Part shown: one piece after another, positions 62,401 through 63,862 of the stretch
How positions within the stretch are numbered: the stretch's first letter is position 1
Layout of the letters: every line of letters starts with the position of its first letter
Origin: Nanobdellati archaeon
GTDB taxonomy: Archaea; EX4484-52; GLR71
Assembly (NCBI GenBank): GCA_019429125.1
Contig: JAHYJO010000005.1
Span: 1 to 63,862 of the forward strand
DNA: 63,862 nucleotides
Reading direction: 5' to 3'
Position numbers and translations under genes: made by a program
Notes under the pieces: model-generated
What the model was told of the DNA's origin: nothing
What the model saw: only the letters and a program-made list of their open reading frames with translations
The model's database searches: none

Positions 62401-62824
62401 AATAATAGTTAATCCAAAAAATGATAAGTATGATTCCGGAACATCTGGATACCTTGAAATCCTAATCATAAATGGCGGTGACAAGATAGATCAAGCATAT
62501 CTTGAAAGTGAAATTTATACACAAGATATGGAACTTATTCATATCAATGTACAGACTTTAGCAGCATTAGAACCTCTTGAAAAGACAGAACTTTCAGAGA
62601 AATTTATGATTCCTATGTCATCACCGACAGGGATGTACATTGCAAATGTAAAATTCAAGGAAGATTTCACAACCTTAGCAGCAACTACGGGACAATTCTA
62701 TGTCACAGGAGCAACATCAACCGGTTTAAGAGTGATTGAGACTTTGTTGTTGATATTGATAGGTGGTGTTTTGATATTCTATCTTCATAAAAGAATAGTC
62801 ACAATAAATACAAAAAAAGTATAA
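59498..62824 (+). CDS. Large secreted, C-terminally anchored protein (~1110 aa), paralog of 55505-58735
   Basis: GGTGA SD then ATG 59498, signal peptide, DVLQYVRVNLS, FSRGP, FDW, LPTLYE and a C-terminal TM. Confidence 0.85.
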   Translation: MDKFKKCILVMLFSICFLFGTVSGVVGPRIFITETVLGGNPTYTAGDAGAGGGGGFGYTNPVTRTGNVYVYVPNTVDVLQYVRVNLSSEASSRADIETWTMAGDKYSGGYTAYKNYALSYPTLASSTSMFLNTSGDGDTTDDDLSYLPDYDWAPSLNLTMTVVNTAGGDDLYSSDNLASGTNIMNYTFTIRNDAGSGGITLNGVDFTILFDTDTNGGSDALNITASTITTTGGGTSTESSSDGADGYIDKIAWNGNIAANTTITISFNATIISGINYLGTSNEINLNGETGTTGARAEYTSNALMTGITVTGEFSRGPVREGVDLVSATPWQIRGFFKNTATSSATGNLTYNVTTAEIYTVNPTTGLPITPANLSNTWNYLSVPGMQNYTAYTDGPSDDSKPYMAASFDWYVMWNDTNKYTYSSIINTSMQLPTLYEIDMDYSKKISGTLAPAIPDIVITLNDTIKNTGNSNSQVDADNITLIAQIPRYADGTNNYRNFTINTSSIKVYLNDTIANFELDQSDFTVTTVQSSENNNGTITVNINDLSTVTYVVGGSPVGRDLKGANVDSIIISYNVITAAPLSLNGETFSFTGNATLVSQSGTTLTEAPVAPMYLSASQNSLSGYKELWISNPAVPTIVNAIINVSIVGTVNDIKFMDYIPADISFSIAGNSVIVKKGATTLVNGTNYYLEFIGYTILSDGLNVSVWEYRLDALNGWDLTNDYIQVGYEMDISTGGVYTLPVQIAAFDPIVGKGISTANMGVVQVYIPKTLEPLDVTDDGTFQLAKSVIVGTPALWIKNFEVQNSNARSTEARFTTSIFEDTINAYATYYDMGGAKVEESLDIDTTNDGTEAFWNSKIYAMESRLYTISITTPPVINIDKTTEVVEKLDNKRVLVKTDIFLKNLAKAKYTNIKLNTGIGADNIVSVQDSFGNDLEFKGGEATSTVVIPAMEGEGLATVTIIYEQAYPTIIVNPKNDKYDSGTSGYLEILIINGGDKIDQAYLESEIYTQDMELIHINVQTLAALEPLEKTELSEKFMIPMSSPTGMYIANVKFKEDFTTLAATTGQFYVTGATSTGLRVIETLLLILIGGVLIFYLHKRIVTINTKKV

Positions 62825-62869
62825 GATTAAAGTAATTTGGTAATATAATAGAATATGACGTGATTATGT

Positions 62870-63073
62870 ATGTATATATTTGGAATCAGTATTGAATTAT
62901 TGGATTTTATAACTCTTTTTTTTGTTATCCTAGTAACTTATATAATCATATTAGAATATGAATTCAAGCAGGTCTTGAGTATTGTAAAAAAATATGATGG
63001 TGAAGAGATGATGCTTAGTAAAAACATAAGAGAACTAAAAGAAGAATTGCAAAAATTAAGAGATAATATCTGA
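62870..63073 (+). CDS. Small membrane protein with coiled-coil tail
   Basis: Transmembrane helix then EFKQVLSIVKKYDGEEMMLSKNIRELKEEL. Confidence 0.7.
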   Translation: MYIFGISIELLDFITLFFVILVTYIIILEYEFKQVLSIVKKYDGEEMMLSKNIRELKEELQKLRDNI

Positions 63074-63152
63074 ACTCTAAAAAATAGTGAGTGTGTATGA
63101 GTGCATATAATACTGAATATTGATGAAATATAAAAATTATGGATTGATTTAT

Positions 63153-63599
63153 ATGAATATACCTTTTCTTGGAATCTTTTTCCCTATTGAAGAAGCGATA
63201 GTAATCACATGCATTATCATTATAGTATATTTGATTGTGTTTAGATTTGAATTCAAGCAATTGTCAATAATCTCAAAAAAGATTGGTGATGAAGAGACTG
63301 AACTTAACAAGGATATAAAAGAATTACAGCAAGAATTGAGTGCATTTGGTGGCAACATAAAAAGTATAGATGCTGTGTCTTCCGCCGTATCTTCAGCAAC
63401 TAAATCAGAGGATTCGGATGAGTATGACATGCCAACAGACGACATAAAGTCTGATGATACAAAATCCGAAGATATAAAAGTCGATGCTGTCAAAGCCGAT
63501 AATATCAAATCATCCGACCCAAAAGTGAATAAGATCAAAGCAGATAATCAAAAAACAGAAAATTCTGAGATTGACAGGCTCAAAAAGATGCTGGATTAA
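63153..63599 (+). CDS. Small membrane protein, paralog of 62870-63073, with D/K-rich repeat tail
   Basis: Transmembrane helix then EFKQLSIISKKIGDEETELNKDIKELQQEL, followed by DDIKS-like pentapeptides. Confidence 0.7.
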   Translation: MNIPFLGIFFPIEEAIVITCIIIIVYLIVFRFEFKQLSIISKKIGDEETELNKDIKELQQELSAFGGNIKSIDAVSSAVSSATKSEDSDEYDMPTDDIKSDDTKSEDIKVDAVKADNIKSSDPKVNKIKADNQKTENSEIDRLKKMLD

Positions 63600-63683
63600 A
63601 TCTAATTTTATTCTTTATTTTTTTATATCTTAATTTTTATATTTTTTTAAATTATTTATACATTTTAAAATTAAGTCGAACTC

Positions 63684-63735
<52 letters not shown>

Positions 63736-63743
63736 GTATTTGT

Positions 63744-63860
63744 TTAGCAAAAACATAGATTCTTTATCAGCATCTGTTTAAGTTCTGCTTTTAAATCCAA
63801 ATCATTTAGTTGCCATGTTGCCATCAATGATGCCATTATCTCATAATTTTCTTTTCCTGA
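63744..63860 (-). mobile_element. 3' end of a probable IS66-family transposase (continues beyond the window)
   Basis: The minus frame reads SGKENYEIMASLMATWQLNDLDLKAELKQMLIKNLCFC*, resembling archaeal IS66 TnpC C-termini as I recall them. Confidence 0.5.
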
Positions 63861-63862
63861 TT

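Overview
Archaeal chromosomal window, AT-rich and probably from a DPANN-type lineage (inferred from gene content, not established). It has five parts. (1) 1-5.3 kb: a DNA-repair/defence-like islet with a UvrD helicase-nuclease fusion, a broken dinD, an ImmA/IrrE protease and a PIN gene. (2) 5.6-10.8 kb: bacterial-type gyrB, carrying a 154-aa mini-intein, and gyrA with a long acidic tail. (3) 11.9-19 kb: a core translation block (rps8e, Lsm, rpl37e, tRNA-Gly, rnp4, rps19e, PDCD5, rpl39e, rpl31e, eIF6, pfdA, ftsY). (4) 19-29.2 kb: an expanded His-Xaa-Ser (Hxs) peptide-modification cluster with four radical SAM enzymes, two HxsD-like proteins, a U32-family Fe-S protein, an A24 prepilin peptidase, a membrane beta-propeller, and a precursor with seven HxS triplets behind a pilin-like leader. 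(5) 31-63.6 kb: a ~32-kb block of mutually related giant membrane-anchored surface proteins (4266, 3105, 1080, 1122 aa). The 3105-aa protein is fused through a transmembrane helix to a HerA/FtsK-type ATPase, and a coiled-coil protein and two small paralogous membrane proteins accompany the block. A MITE family and IS1634-, IS5- and IS66-like remnants, some nested, are interspersed. Parts 4 and 5 are the best candidates for undescribed systems. All family assignments come from motif recognition by eye; no database search was run.
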